From assembly GCF_009914755.1 (NCBI RefSeq), contig NC_060944.1: a DNA stretch of 64,000 bases; one strand, given 5' to 3'. Shown here piece by piece: positions 25,879-40,464 of the stretch. The stretch comes from the human T2T-CHM13v2.0 reference genome, Homo sapiens. A program made the translations under genes and the position numbers. Numbering within the stretch: position 1 is the stretch's first letter; every line of letters starts with the position of its first letter. The notes beneath the pieces were generated by a model. It searched no databases and had not been told where the DNA came from. It saw only the letters and a list, made by a program, of their open reading frames with translations.

Positions 25879-27420
25879 GAAGTCTGTTGTCTGAACCAGG
25901 ACACAAGTTCAATGACAGCCTTAACAATGATGACCTGATGGAGAAGGACTGAGGCTCTGAGATGGGGTGGGAAGGATCAGCCACTCCAGGGGAGGGAAGA
26001 AGAAAGACACAGAGGCTGGAGAAGCAGGCAGGGCCCAGCCTGAGCCCAGCAGGGGCAGCTTGGCTCTGCCTCATCACAAGAAGTAGCTTCAGAGCTCTTC
26101 AAAGGAAGCAAGTCAAGATGGGTCGGTCCCTGGAGGTGTCACTGGCCCTCAGAAGGCCTCTGCCAGGGTTTGATGAAGCACCTTCTGTGGCAGGTCTCAT
26201 AATTAACTGTGACCATGCAGTGTGTTCATGCAGATGTAAATCATCTGGCAGATACTTTGGGGCTTATCTGCTAATGAAAACTCCTTCGCATTTCTGTAAG
26301 CATATTATGGTCAATTACAATTAATTCAGTTTGCATCGACTGCCATTTTCCTTATGCAAAGATTGTGCAAATCGAGTGTGTGAGCCGAGGGCTCTGAGGC
26401 CTGTAAAATCCATAATGGTTAGCTTTCAGGGATGGTGAGGAAAGAATAAAACTGTGGGCTGTTTGAAATTTAAATCAGAGCAGGGCTGGTCAATAGAAGC
26501 AGAATGGCTGCACTTGGATTTGTTGGGCTGGCTGTGCTGGGGGACTAGGGGCATCTTCCTACTACCCAAGGTTACAGGGTCACAGAGTGTACCCTGTCCC
26601 TATCAGTTTCTTCTCTGGGCTCCACTTCTGCATTTCTGGCTGCAGCCTCTCTAAGACCCAAGGGACCAGACTTCCTGTCTGAGGACTCATAGCCATGTGA
26701 CTCAGATTACTGCTACTTGAAGAGAGATGAGGTTTTCTCTTTTTCTTTCCCATAGCTCCAAGGAGTAAGTTGGGAAGATAGCAGGTGTTAAATTGTTAAA
26801 ATTTCGACTTCTGGACCAGCTGACATTTGTTCACTATTAACTGTGTGCCAAGAATTGTGCTCAGTGCTTATGCATGTTTTCTAGGTATGTGTGTGCATAG
26901 CACACGATCCTATGAGGCAGGTATTTGCACTTCATAAACTTTATAGATGAGGCTTAGAGAGGTACAGTGGCCTGTTCATGACATACACCTAAGAAAAGTT
27001 TGGTTTGAATCTAGATTTTAAATCACTGTATTATACAATCACTGGGAGGACTGAATCGTATAAAAAGTGACATTCAGTCTCTATTGCTTTTGTTGTCAGA
27101 TTCAGCTGCAGTCAATACCTGAAGAAGAGAATGGTTCTATGTCATTTCTCCTTTTCTGTAAGGAGAGCAGAGACCACAGGGCTTCCCATGAAAGTCAGGG
27201 AGCTTGGCTTGCTGGGCATTCCTAGGCAGGCAAATGACAGAGTAGGACTTCGGTTGTCAATTGCTGTACAAGCTAGGATGACCTCTGGCCATGAGGTGTG
27301 TTGGAAATCTCTTTCAGAGTAGCCTCTTCTTCTGAAAGACCACACTCAGCCCAAGCATCTAGAGAGAACCTCAGAGGCTGCTTGAATAGTACTGAGTACA
27401 GTGGAATATAGGTGCGGATC

Positions 27421-27868
27421 TGTATAGGTTGTGGATTTATTGTTCAAATTTTCTTGTTTTTACCGAACTTCCAATTGCCATCACCTTCATTTCTTTACTT
27501 AAGGTTTCTCTGGCCATGAGGGTCCACGTGGCCCAAGCATGTGACAAGCCAGAAGTACCAGAGAATTAACATTCCTCAGGAGCATCCCTCAACCAGTGAG
27601 CAGTAGAATTTGATGTGTAAATACCTCAACTCCCTCACCCCTCAGGTAGGATAACTCTGCAGTGCATGTGCAATGCTGGCTTCTGGAATTCTCCGGCAGG
27701 ATCATGCTCCAGTTGCCCATAGCAATAACCTGGTTGATAATACACACTTTATTGCCTGCTTTTTCTTCCTTCTCTCCCTTATTGGTATTTCCCGAGATCA
27801 CCTTCTAAATAAAACAATTGCACTTGAATCTTTGTCTCAGAGTCTGCTTCTGGGGAAACCAAACTAGG
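27421..27868 (+). mobile_element. LTR16-type ERVL solo LTR
   Basis: gacaagccagaagtaccagagaattaac...cacccctcaggtaggataactctg...aaataaaacaattgcacttgaatc...ctgcttctggggaaaccaaact. Confidence 0.8.
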
Positions 27869-27916
27869 TTAGCTCCTAAACTTAAGCATAAACTGACTTG
27901 CAGCACTGGCCATGAA

Positions 27917-28385
27917 CACAATAGCAAAGACAGGGAAACAACCTAGGTGCCCATCAGTGGTAGATTGGATAAAGAAAATGTGGTACATATACACCATGGA
28001 ATACTATGCAGCCATAAAAAAGAATGAAATCATATCCTTTGCAGCAACATGGATGCAGCTGGAGGCCATTATTTTGAGTGAACTAATGCAGGAACAGAAA
28101 ACCAATACCGCACGTTCTTACTTATAAGTGAGAGCTGAACATTGCATTGGGTACTCATGGACATAAAGGTGGAGGAAACAAGAAACACTGGAGACTACTA
28201 AAGGGTGCAGAGAAAAAGGAGGAAAGGGCCGAAAAACTACCTAGTGGATACTATGCTCACTACCTGCATGACGGGATCATTCATACCCCAAACCTCAGCA
28301 TCACACAACATACCCATGTAACAAACCTGCACATGTACCCTTGAATCTAAAATAAAAGTGGAAATTATAAAAAACTTAAAAATTA
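27917..28385 (+). mobile_element. L1PA15/16-like 3' end (5'-truncated)
   Basis: ORF 27912 TIAKTGKQPRCPSVVDWIKKMWYIYTMEYYAAIKKNE is the ORF2p C-terminus; 3' UTR ccaaacctcagcatcacacaacatacccatgtaacaaacctgcacatgtaccc. Confidence 0.9.
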
Positions 28386-28389
28386 AAAC

Positions 28390-28900
28390 CTTCAGGCAAA
28401 AACTCTAGGGATAATGACACAGAAAAGGTTGCTGCCTGGGCATTAGAAGAACACCACACCCAAATAGCTCAAGCCTGTGGCCAAAGATAAGAACTTGGAG
28501 GCATCTCTCCTTCCTAGTAGGGCTCCTCACTTTCCCACCACTTCTTTTTAGGCATTTAGCTGAGAACTTAAAAGGACCCACACCATATTCCCTTATATAT
28601 ATTGTTAGTTGCCACGTGTGCTCTCTGTCTGCCTGGCTCTTCCTTCTTGCGTTGTGTGACCTGGGAATGGAGGAGGAATGCTGTGTGCTCCTCTCTGGCC
28701 ACCTTGCATAGCTTTAGGATCCAAAAGTAATTTAGGAACAATGCTTGAATTTCACATTGTGGTTGTGTCATTGAAGCTGTGCTCACAATCTAACCCCTGA
28801 TGGTGAGGTAAGGATCTCACATAGGTGGATTTGTTGCTGGGGCTCTTCTGTTTGGACCTCCGTCAGCTGCTGGAGATGGTAGCTACCAGCTAAGTAACAG
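28390..28900 (+). mobile_element. Probable ERVL LTR (MER74-like)
   Basis: gtggccaaagataagaacttggaggcatc, TATA-like cccttatatata, ends ...aagtaaca. Confidence 0.4.
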
Positions 28901-28953
28901 AGAAACTCAAAGACTTTTGTCTAAAAGCCTACTGCAAAAAGAAAGTTTGATGA

Positions 28954-29263
<310 letters not shown>

Positions 29264-29269
29264 TAAAAA

Positions 29270-29925
<656 letters not shown>

Positions 29926-30482
29926 ATGGCTTCAGTTGTGGGGGCTTCCTCCTTTGAGCATGGGCTGTCTCCCTGAGGGTCAGTTCCCCCAAATTAAGGG
30001 CTCTCTTTGCAGTAACTTTCTTGTAAATCCTGAAACAGCCACAAGCTAGTTATAAAATGAAGATGTTATGAAAACCAGTTAGAATTGCTGGGGAATTCCA
30101 GACAACATCACGTGACTCCTCCAAGTCCCTAGAGAACTAGAATGAGACTCTGAAGAGGTGGGTTGGGACAGGATGCTGGAGAGAGAAGAGGGGCAGGGGA
30201 GAGAGCAGGGGGCATAAGGGCTGAGGAAGAGGAGTCTTTTTTGCTCCTAAACACTTGAGGTTCCATTTGCTAATTTATTGTCAGACCACAGAAAAATTGA
30301 TCCCTCCTGCTCCAGCCAGATGTTGCTTTCTTGAGTTCTGGCCTTGCCCCCATAGCTCTCACCACATCAAGGAGAGGACTAGCAATAAGAAATATATTTT
30401 TCTTCAGTAGGATTGAAATCCCCCCTATTGTGTTCTTCTTCACCATCTCAGTCAGGGAGCCTGCTCTGGGAATCATAAATTA

Positions 30483-30562
30483 TCAGGTTAAACCATGTGA
30501 AGGTAACACTTTTCAAAGTCAAAAATGGTCAAATACCATCAGTTTCATATGGTTCAACTGAA
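30483..30562. mobile_element. MADE2 (mariner-derived 80-bp MITE)
   Basis: TA|tcaggttaaaccatgtgaa...tttcatatggttcaactgaa|TA; long TIRs and TA target duplication. Confidence 0.85.
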
Positions 30563-31633
30563 TAAATTTTCGGAGCAATTCCAATTTATCTTTTAAGTGA
30601 TGGGGTTAAGATGACAGTTTGGGGACTTTGCCTGTGACCCTTCAAAATTCCGGGGTAGGACTTAGGATGCTAATTGTTGCATAAGGTAGGGTTGCAATTT
30701 GAGATTAGGTTGGTTAGAGGTAAGGTTGGGAATAGATTTGACAAACATGTGATGTAATTTCTGCCCCTTGCCAATCCTTTTTCCATTGCAGCCGTCACTA
30801 ATTGATTAAAGTAGTAATGCTTACTAAACCCGGATGTGAATATAAGATAACTTTCAATACATCACTCTAAATAGGCACAGCCTGTTGACCAGAACCAGTA
30901 CTAATGATGGAGCCCACAGCCATCTGTCGTGGGAGGGAGAGCTTGGTTTGATGAAGGGATAGATTTAAGGTGATGTTTAGGTTTGCTTCGGGATTATGGC
31001 CAGTTTAAGTTTGTTTTGATTTTAGGATAAGCTTAGTCAAGGAAAACTCTTGACTCTGGCTTAGAAGCAAGATTAATTTTGAGTTTCGAGTATGAATGGT
31101 TTAGTACTATGTTTAGTTTGTTAATTTATAGTTAAGGTTAGGCTGGATTCAGAGTGATGCTCAGATTTGTGTTTCGTCTAACTTGGAGGTCAGGGTTGTG
31201 TTCAGAATTAGATTGAGTGAATTAGGAGAACTCAATATTCAGCCCTTAAAACTTCCACTTTTTTAACTGTCCTGTGGTGTTAAAAGTAGCAGCAGTAGTC
31301 CAAAAAGTATTATACTTGGATGATATCTCTAATATGCATGCAGACAGATAAGCAACTTTGGTAAATTACTTAGCAATTCTGGGAACATTTTTAGCATTTG
31401 GAAAGAGCAATATTAATGGTACTGCACTGTGTTTTATTTTAAATGAAACTTATGTAAAGTGTTTAGCCAGTGTTTGTTAGACAATAGGCAGTCAGTAAAT
31501 AATAAGTCTCTTTATCTTTTTTTTTTTTGTGCTGGCATCTTATTGCTTCATAAAACTGATGACAATGGTAGTTACAATTTATTAAGCATTTACTGTGAGA
31601 GACACAATGATTTTAAGCCTTTGACACATATTA

Positions 31634-32575
31634 CAGTCACACACTGCATAACAACATTTTGGTCAATAGCAGATGGCATATATGATGGCAGTCCCATAAG
31701 ATTATAATAGAGCTGAAAAGTTCCTGTCACTTAGTGATGTTATAGCCATTGTAAGGTCATAGTGCAATGCATTGTTCATGTGTTTTTGGTGATATAAGAA
31801 TAAACACACCTACTATGCTACCATTCATATAAAAGTACAACATATACAATTACGTACAGTACATAATACTTGATAGTGATAATAAATGATCATGTTACTG
31901 GTTTATGTATTTATTATACTATACATTTTATTATTTTAGAGTGTACTCCTATTTTAAAAAAATGTTGATTGGTGGCTCACGCCTGTAATCCGAGCCCTTT
32001 AGGAGGCCAGGTTGGGCAGATCACTTGAGGTCAGGAGTTCAAGACCAGCCTGGCCAACATAGTGAAACCCCGTCTCTACTAAAAATACAAAAATTAGCTG
32101 GGCATGGTGGCATGCACCTATAATCCCAGCTACTCAGGAGTCTGAGGCAGGAGAATTTTTGAACCCAAGAGGTGGGGGTTGCAGTGAGCCGAGATTACAC
32201 CACTGCATTCCAGCCTGGGCGATGGAGTGAGACTATGTCTAAAAAAAAAAAAAAAAAATGTTGATTGTAAAACAGCCTCAGGCAGATCTTTCAGGTGGTA
32301 TTCCAGAAGAAGGCATTGTTATCATAGCAGATGACAGCTTCAGGTGTGTTTTTGCCCCTGAATACCTTCTAGTAGGGCAAGATGTGGAGGTGGAAGACAG
32401 TGTTATTAAATGATCCTCACCCTGTGTAGGCCTAGGCTAATGTATGTTTCTTAGTTTTTAACAAAAAAGTTTAAAAAGTAAAACAAAATTAAAATTTTAT
32501 AGAGTAAGAATATAAAGAAAGAAAATACTTTTGTACAGCTGTAAAAAAGTATTTGCTTTAATTCTAAGGGTATAT
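31634..32575 (+). mobile_element. Tigger3-family (MER7) DNA transposon, split by an Alu and truncated
   Basis: TA|cagtcacacactgcataacaacattttggtcaa...cccataagattataatagagctgaaaa; resumes taaaacagcctcaggcag...ttccagaagaaggcattgttatcatag. Confidence 0.85.
31971..32258 (+). mobile_element. AluSx-like
   Basis: gatcacttgaggtcaggagttcaagaccagcctggccaaca; TSD aaaaaaatgttgattg. Confidence 0.95.
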
Positions 32576-34803
32576 ACAAAAAAATAAAAAGCAAAAGGAT
32601 ACAATAACAAACCAGAAGATAATAACCGGGGTAATTATCCTTAGATAAAACAAAGCCTACTTTAAGAAAAGCAGGATTATCAGAGATAAAAATAGACATT
32701 TTATAATGATGAGAGGGTCAATCCACTAGGAATATGCAATAATTCTAAATTCATGTGTACCTAATTAACATAGTTTCAAAACTTATCAAGTAGATATATG
32801 GACAACCATAGTGGAGCTATAATTTTCTCAGAGCTGACAGAACAAACAGATAAAACGTCAGTAAAGATAGAGAAGATCTGGTTCCAATTGACGTAATTTT
32901 CATAAATAGATCTGATTTACTGAATTGAACAAAACTAGCTGACTTAATTGAATACTAATTTAGTGTTGATAAAATATTTTTTAACACCACACATGGACTA
33001 TTAAGTAAAATTGATTATATTTTGGAAAAGAACTCAGGTTTCACCAAATTTAAAGCATTAAAACTGTTCAGCATATATTCTCTGACAGCCATGGAACTGA
33101 GAAACAAATAACAAAAATAAAATTAGAAATGCTTAAATATTTGGATATTAAACATTTCATTTCTAAATAACCTGTGAGTCAAAAATAAATTACAGTAAAA
33201 ATTAGATAGCATTTTGGACGATAAAATCATGAAATATGAAAACATTCGGATGCAGCTAATGTTGTGTTAGAGGGAAATGTATAGTCCCATATTTTTATAT
33301 GCATAAAGAAGAGAAGCTAGAAATTGACCACCTAAGTATTAATCTCAAGAAGTTAGAAAATATTAAACACAAAGAATATGCAAAGAATATGCAAACACAA
33401 AGAAATAAAATAACAAAAATCAATTAATAATACAAAATTAATAAATGATAAAACAAATATATGATAAAGACAAAAAAACCAAAATGTTGATTATTAGAGA
33501 GGCTAAATAAACATATAGCAAGACTAATCAGACAAAAATTAGAGATGGCAAAAATTACAAAATGAGAAAAGAGATTAATATAGATTATATAAATATCAAG
33601 GATATAATGTAAAATTTTACACTGATTCATTAAAAAATGAAGATTAATGATAAAAATTCCATAAAAAACATGATTTGTCAAATTTGACCTATAACAAGAA
33701 AGAGACTATCTGAATAGTCATATGTTACCAAATATATTAAACTGAAATTTATAATCCTCCCTCACAAAAATCTTTAGGTGCAAATTACTTTGCCAGTGAA
33801 ATTTTAAAGAAATTTATGTAAGAAATAATACAAATATTATGCAAACTTTTAAAAAAATTACAAATAAAAAAATCAGGATACTATTCTTTGGTCAGTGAGT
33901 CCCAAACAAGGACATTACACAAAAGGAAACTTATAAAAACAGTCACATTATTTATTATATTGATGACATTAAAGAAAAAATGTCAACATCTCAATACATA
34001 CAGTAAAAACATTGGAAAAATTCAAGACCTGATCATTGTAAAATTGTGAAGATATCTAAAAATAAAAGGAAATTTACTAAATCTGATAATATCTATGAAA
34101 AGTCACAGAGCAAGCATCACATAATATTTAATAGTGATATATTAAAAATTTTCTCTGAAGTTGGTAATGACCTAAGGATGACCACTATTGACATTTCTAA
34201 TGAAAATTATAGTAGAGGACTTATCCAATGCAGTAAGTCAAGGAAAAAAAAATGAAATGCGTAAAGATTGAGTAGAAAGAAATAAAACTATCATTTTTTG
34301 TAAATGACATGAATGTATATGTAGAAAATTTATATATACTATAAAATTAATAGGGGAAATTTGCATGGCTCAGTAAGTTAACATGAAAATGAATTTTATT
34401 TCTATTATGAACAAGCAAGATATAAAAAATGATGTTATTATTTAAAATGCCATCAAACTTCTCAATTACCTAAGAATAAATTGAAAATGGCACAAGATGT
34501 ATGCACAAAAAACCATTAAACGTTGTTGAGAAAAATTAAGATATAAAAATCCTGAGGGATATAGCATGTTCATACCTTGAAAGATTCAATATTGTAAAGA
34601 TGCCAACCCTCTTCAAATCATTGAATGATTCAATGTGATCCCTTTCAAATATCAGCAGGTTTTTTGTGTATATCTACTTGTGTGTGTATTGTATGTGTGT
34701 ATCCATGCAGACATAACATGTTTACCTGGAAATATAAAGGACCCATAATTGCCAAGATGATTTTTAAGAAGAGCAAAATTGGAGGACTTGCGCTTATGAT
34801 ATC
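32576..34803 (+). mobile_element. Very old L1 (L1MC/ME-age) ORF2 region, 5' part
   Basis: A-rich decayed ORF2 (gggtcaatccactaggaa, gatgcagctaa, aagattcaatattgtaaagatg, gagcaaaattggaggacttg); continues at 42964. Confidence 0.75.
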
Positions 34804-35110
34804 ATTTATTTTGAATGAGTGATATCAGCAATATCTCAGAATAGGACTTTCCAACACTTGTCTCCTTAGAGAAACATCAATCTGAACACCTATGCAAGCA
34901 CAAAAGTATCTTCAGAAGAGTTAAGAAATCTAGGTGAGAGATTATGGCATCTGAGTGGAGCACAGAAGTAAGAAAAGATGCATTGAAAACGGTAGAAAGG
35001 ACAGTTTTACATTACTTGCATCACCACTCCCCCAAGCCAAGGCAGTGCAATGTGGAGAGAGATTTCCTGTATATGAGAGAAGGAGAATGCAGTCAGCACC
35101 TGATTTCACA

Positions 35111-35665
35111 GTGGACACCAGCACTAGACCCATTTCAGTGAACTTCAGTGCCAAGCTAGCCTATATGGCTCCAGTTTCCAGGTTCAGCCCTGCAGACCCA
35201 GGCACCAGGCCTAGGCCTAAGGGCCCACGTGCTCGACCTACTCCAGTGAACACTGGCCTCAAGCCAACCCCTATGAACACAGGACCAAGAACATTCTCAT
35301 GAACAAAGTACAAGCCTGCCCCAGCATCATTTAGTTCCTATGGACTCAGGCTCAAGGCCAATCCAATGTTGGCTCTCACATACCCAAGCTTCAGTCTAGG
35401 CCTTGTGGACGCAGACTCCAGGCCTGTCCAGTAGACTCAGTTCACCCCTGTGGACCTTGGCACCAAGCCGATCTCCGCAGACCCAGGATCCAGGTCCATC
35501 CTTGCCTAAGCATGAGGTTTATGTTTTAACTCCAATTGCTCTAACCCCAGTGGATCCAGGCTCCAGGATTGCTTTCATGTACTCAGGCACCAGTTCAGCC
35601 CCTGTGGGTCCAGATGTCAGGCCAGCCCACCTGCTGACCAAGACACCAGGTCAGCCTACCCAGGA
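35111..35665 (+). repeat. Degenerate 27-bp tandem array in the L1 5' UTR
   Basis: Consecutive 27-mers gtggacaccagcactagacccatttca / gtgaacttcagtgccaagctagcctat / atggctccagtttccaggttcagccct / gcagacccaggcaccaggcctaggcct. Confidence 0.8.
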
Positions 35666-36558
35666 ACTCTAAGCAATAAGGCTGACTGTACTCTGCCACC
35701 AGATGGCCTGCACAGAATCTCTGGATAGGTTGACTGGTAAAGGGATTTCCTTGCCAAAGCCAGTCTGTAAAGAATGTAAGAGGCGCCTGCTTCAAATGCA
35801 CAGACACCAATGCAAGGCCACAGGGATCATTAGTAATCAGTGAAATACGGCACCACTAAAGGAACGAAATAAAGCAAGAGTAAGTGACTCAAAGGAATGG
35901 AGATGGAGGAGCTGCCTGACAAAAAATTAAAAATAATGATCTTAAGCAAATTCAGTGAGCTACAAGAGAACACAGACAGCTGAACAAAATTAAGAAATAC
36001 ATTTACAAAATGAGAAGTTCAACACAGAGGTAGAAATTATAAAAAAGAACTAAGCAGAAATTCTGGAGCTGAAGAATACAATGACTAAACCGAAAAATTC
36101 CATAGACAGCTTCGATAGTAGACTTGCTCAAGCAAAATAAAGAATTAGTGAGCTTGAAGATAGATCATTTGAAATTAACCAGTTACCAATTACTCAAATT
36201 CAGAATATTGAAGAGAATCTAAAAGGAAAGATAATGAGAAAGAGTGAAGAAAGCCTGTGGAACTTCTCAAACACCATCAAGCAAACTGATATATGCAGTA
36301 TGGGTGTCCTAGAAGGGGCAGAGAAAGAAAAAGAAGCAGAAAGCTTATCTAAAGAAATGATGACAGAAACTTTCCAAATCTGGAGAGGAAAATGAATGCT
36401 CAAATTTATGAATCCCAAATAACCTCAAATACATTAAACATAAAGAGGTTTCACTAAGATACATTATAATCATATTCTCAAAAGTAAAAGGCAAAGAGAA
36501 TTTTAAAAGCAGCAAGAAGAAAGTTTCCTTAGGTGCAAGGAAACCTTTTTGGTTTTTT

Positions 36559-36857
36559 AGAGATGGATTCTTGTTAGGTTGCTCATGCTGGAATGCAGTG
36601 GCTATTCACAGGTGTGATTCCACTACTGATCAGCATGGGAATTTTGACCTGCTCTATTTCCAACCTGGGCCAGTTCACTCCTCTTTAGGCAACCTGGTGG
36701 TCCCCCACTTCCAGGAGGTCACCATATTGATGCCGTACTTAGTGCAGACACCTAATTGGCATATCACATAACACCCCAGAACTCCTTTGCTCAAGCGATC
36801 CTCCTACCTCAGCCTCTTGAGTAGCTGGAACTACGGGCATGCACCACCATGCCTAGC
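36559..36857 (-). pseudogene. Full-length 7SL (SRP RNA) retropseudogene
   Basis: 299 bp; minus strand has the Alu domain plus S domain (ggcatcaatatggtgacctcc...gaccaccaggttgcctaa...gagcaggtcaaaa..ccatgctgatcagtagt); A tail 36546-36558; degraded TSD aggtgcaaggaaacctt/acatacaagggaacttt. Confidence 0.95.
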
Positions 36858-37146
36858 ACATACAAGGGAACTTTTGCAAGACTATCAGTGGATTTCTCAG
36901 CAGAAACTTTGATGGCCAGGAGACAGTGGGATAATATATGCAAAGTGCTTAAAGAAAAAACCTGCCAGCTAAGAATACTATATCTGAAAGGCTGTCCTTC
37001 AGAAATGAAGCAAAATAAAGACTTCTCCAGAAAAACAAAAGCTGTGGGAATTCGTAGCCACTAGATTTTCCTTACAAGAAACACTGAATGGAATTCTTCA
37101 AGTCGAAACAAAAGGACATAACTAATGACATAAAATATGTGAAAGT

Positions 37147-37508
<362 letters not shown>

Positions 37509-39245
37509 TCAAATTCAGAATACTCTAATATTGTAATGGTGGTGTGAAAGTCATTTTGAATTCTATATAAAGCTTACAAGATGAAAGTATTAAAACAACT
37601 AAAGCTATAATAATTTGTTAATGGATACACAATATACAAATGATATAATTTATAGCACCAATAACAAAATGTCAGAGGAGGGAAGTTAAAATGTAGAATT
37701 TTTGTACGTGGTCAAAGTTAAGTACTTAAACAGCTTAAAATAGACTGTTATAACTGTAAGATATTTTTTGTTAGACTCATGGTAATCACATAGAAAAAAC
37801 ATGTAGTAGATAAACAAAAAAATGAAGAGAAAGGAATCAAAATATACCACTACAAAAAAATCCCATCATAAAGGAAGACCACCAGGGAGGAAGAATGAAA
37901 CAAAGAAACTACAAAACAGTCAGAAAATAATTAAAAATGGCAGTAGCCAGTCCTTAACCTGTCAATAATTCCTTTAAATATAAATGGATTAAATTCTCCA
38001 ACAAAAGACATAGAGTTGATAAGTTGATGAAACCCACAATCCAACTATATGATAAGAGACTCATTTTAGCTGTAAAGACACACATAGGCTAAAAGTGAAG
38101 GGATGGAAAAAGATATCCCATGCAAATAGTAACCAAATGAGAGCAGGGTTGGCTACACTTACATCAGACGAAATACACTTTAAGTGAAAATTGTCATAAG
38201 AGACCAAAAAGGTCATTATGTAATAGTAAGGGGTTTAATATATCAAGAGGATATAACAACTGTAAAAATATGTGCACAAGCAATAGAGCTCTTAAATATA
38301 TAAAGCAAATATTAACAGCTGAAACTAGAAATATACAGCAATACAATAATAATAAGAGGCTTCAATACTCCACTTTCAAAAATTGATAGATTATTCAGAC
38401 AGAACATCAATAGGAAAACAGTGGACTTGAACATGATAGACCAAATGGACCTAACAGACATATAGCATATTCTGTTCAACAGTAGCAGAATACACAATCT
38501 TTTCAAGAACACATGGAACATTCTCCAGGACAGATCATACATTAGGCCACAAAACAAATCTTAACAAGTTTTAGAAGATTGAAATTATAGCAAGTGTCTT
38601 TTCTGACTACAGTGGAATAGAACTAGAAATCATTAACGGAGGAAAATTGGAAAATTTAGAAATATGTAGAAATTAAGTAATGCATTAATTTCCAAACAAC
38701 TAATAGGTCAAAGAAGAAAAGTATCTCAAGCCAAATGAAAATAGAAACATATCATACTAAAATATATGGGATGCAACAAAAGCAGTCCTAAAAGTTTATA
38801 GCAGTAAAGTCTTACATTAAGATAAAAGAAAAATCTCAAATAAATTATGTAATTTTACACCTCAAGGAACTAGATAAAGAAGAGCAAACTAAGCCGAAGG
38901 TTAACACGAAAAGAAAGCAATAAAAATTAGAGTAGACATAAATGGAGACTAGAAAAACAATAAGACCAACAAAAATAAAAGTTTGTTTTTTGAATGCGAT
39001 AAAATAGACAAGTCTTAAGCTAATCATAACTAAGAATAAAAGAGATAAAACAAATAAATAAAATTATAAGTGGAAGAGAAGACATAACTGATACCACAGA
39101 AATACAAATGATTGTGACACTATTTCCAGTAATTACATGCTAACAAACTGGCAAACCTAAAAGTAGTGGGTACATTCCTAGAAACATACAACCTTCTGAG
39201 ATTTGATAATGAAGAAATAGAAAATCTAAATAGACCAATAACAAG

Positions 39246-39616
39246 TGACATGGTTTGGCTGTGTCCCCATCCAAATCTCATCTTGAATTGTCATTCCCAT
39301 AATCCCCACGTGTTGTGGGAGAGACCCAGTGGGAGGTAATTTAATCATGGGGGCAGTTACCTTCATGCTATTCTCATGATAGTGAGTGAGTTCTTGCAAG
39401 ATCTGATGGTTTTAGAAGGGCTTTTCCCCCTTCTGCTCGGCACTTCTCCTTGCTGCCTCCATGTGAAGGATGTGTTTGCTTCCTCTTCTGTCATGATTGT
39501 TAAGTTTCCTAAGGCCTCCCCAGCCATGCGGAACTGTGAATCAATTAAACCTCTTTCCTTTATAAATTACTCAGTCGGAGGTACGTCTATTAGCAGTGTG
39601 AGAAGGGACAAATACA
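39246..39616 (+). mobile_element. THE1D-like MaLR solo LTR
   Basis: tgacatggtttggctgtgtcccc...gacaaataca; 5-bp TSD acaag/acgag. Confidence 0.9.
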
Positions 39617-40319
39617 ACGAGTAACAAGATTGAATCAGTAATAAAAAATCTCCCAACAAAGGCAAGCTTGGGACCCAATGACTTTACTGATGAATTCCAT
39701 CAAACACTTAAAGAGAAACTAATGCCAATCGTTTTCAAACTCTTCCAAAATGTTGAAGAGGAGGAAACACTTCCATACTTACTCTATGAGGCCAATATTA
39801 CTCTGATATCCAAACCAGACAAGAATGCTTTAAGAAAATAAATTACAAGCCAATATTTCTGATGAACATAGGTGCAAGAATTCTCAACAACATATTAGCA
39901 AACTGAACTCAACAGCCCATTAAAAACATCACACACCATGATCAAGTGAGATTTATCAGTAGGTTGCAAGGATGGCTTAACATATGTAACTCAGTACATG
40001 TGATACATCATGTTAACAAAATGAAGGACAAAAACCACAATATCTTCTTAATAGATGCGGAGAAAGCATTTAACAAAATTAATCATCCATTCATGATAAA
40101 AACTCTCAAAAAATAAGTATAGAGAGAATGTACCTCAACCTAATTATTTTGATAAACCCATAGCTAACATCATATTCAGCAGTGAAAACCTGAAAGCTTT
40201 TCCTCTAAGATCAGGAACAAGACAGGAATGCTCATTCTTATCACTTCTATTCAATATAATACTGAAATTCCTAGACAGAGCAATTAGGTAAGACAAAAAA
40301 AAGGCATCCAGCCTGGAAT

Positions 40320-40464
40320 GGTGTCTACACTAAGCTTGGCATCAATATGGTGACCTTCTGGAAGTGGAGTACCACCAGGTTGCCTAAGGAGGGGTGAACT
40401 GACCCGGGTTGGAAATCGAGCAGGTCATAACTCCCATGCTGATCAGTAGTAGAATCACTGCACT
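40320..40464 (+). pseudogene. 7SL RNA fragment, S domain only, inside L1 ORF2
   Basis: ggtgtctacactaagcttggcatcaatatggtgacc...accaccaggttgcctaaggaggggtgaac...gagcaggtc..ctcccatgctgatcagtagt; no tail, no TSD. Confidence 0.92.

Noticed and set aside
36559-36857. Functional SRP RNA gene
   Set aside because: Heavy CpG decay, A tail and TSD, embedded in L1 ORF1, so it lacks the upstream promoter sequence of real 7SL genes.
40307-40316. tccagcctgg before the 7SL fragment as a sign of circular permutation
   Set aside because: Equally explained by the decayed L1 sequence catcca(g/a)attggaa; too short to decide.
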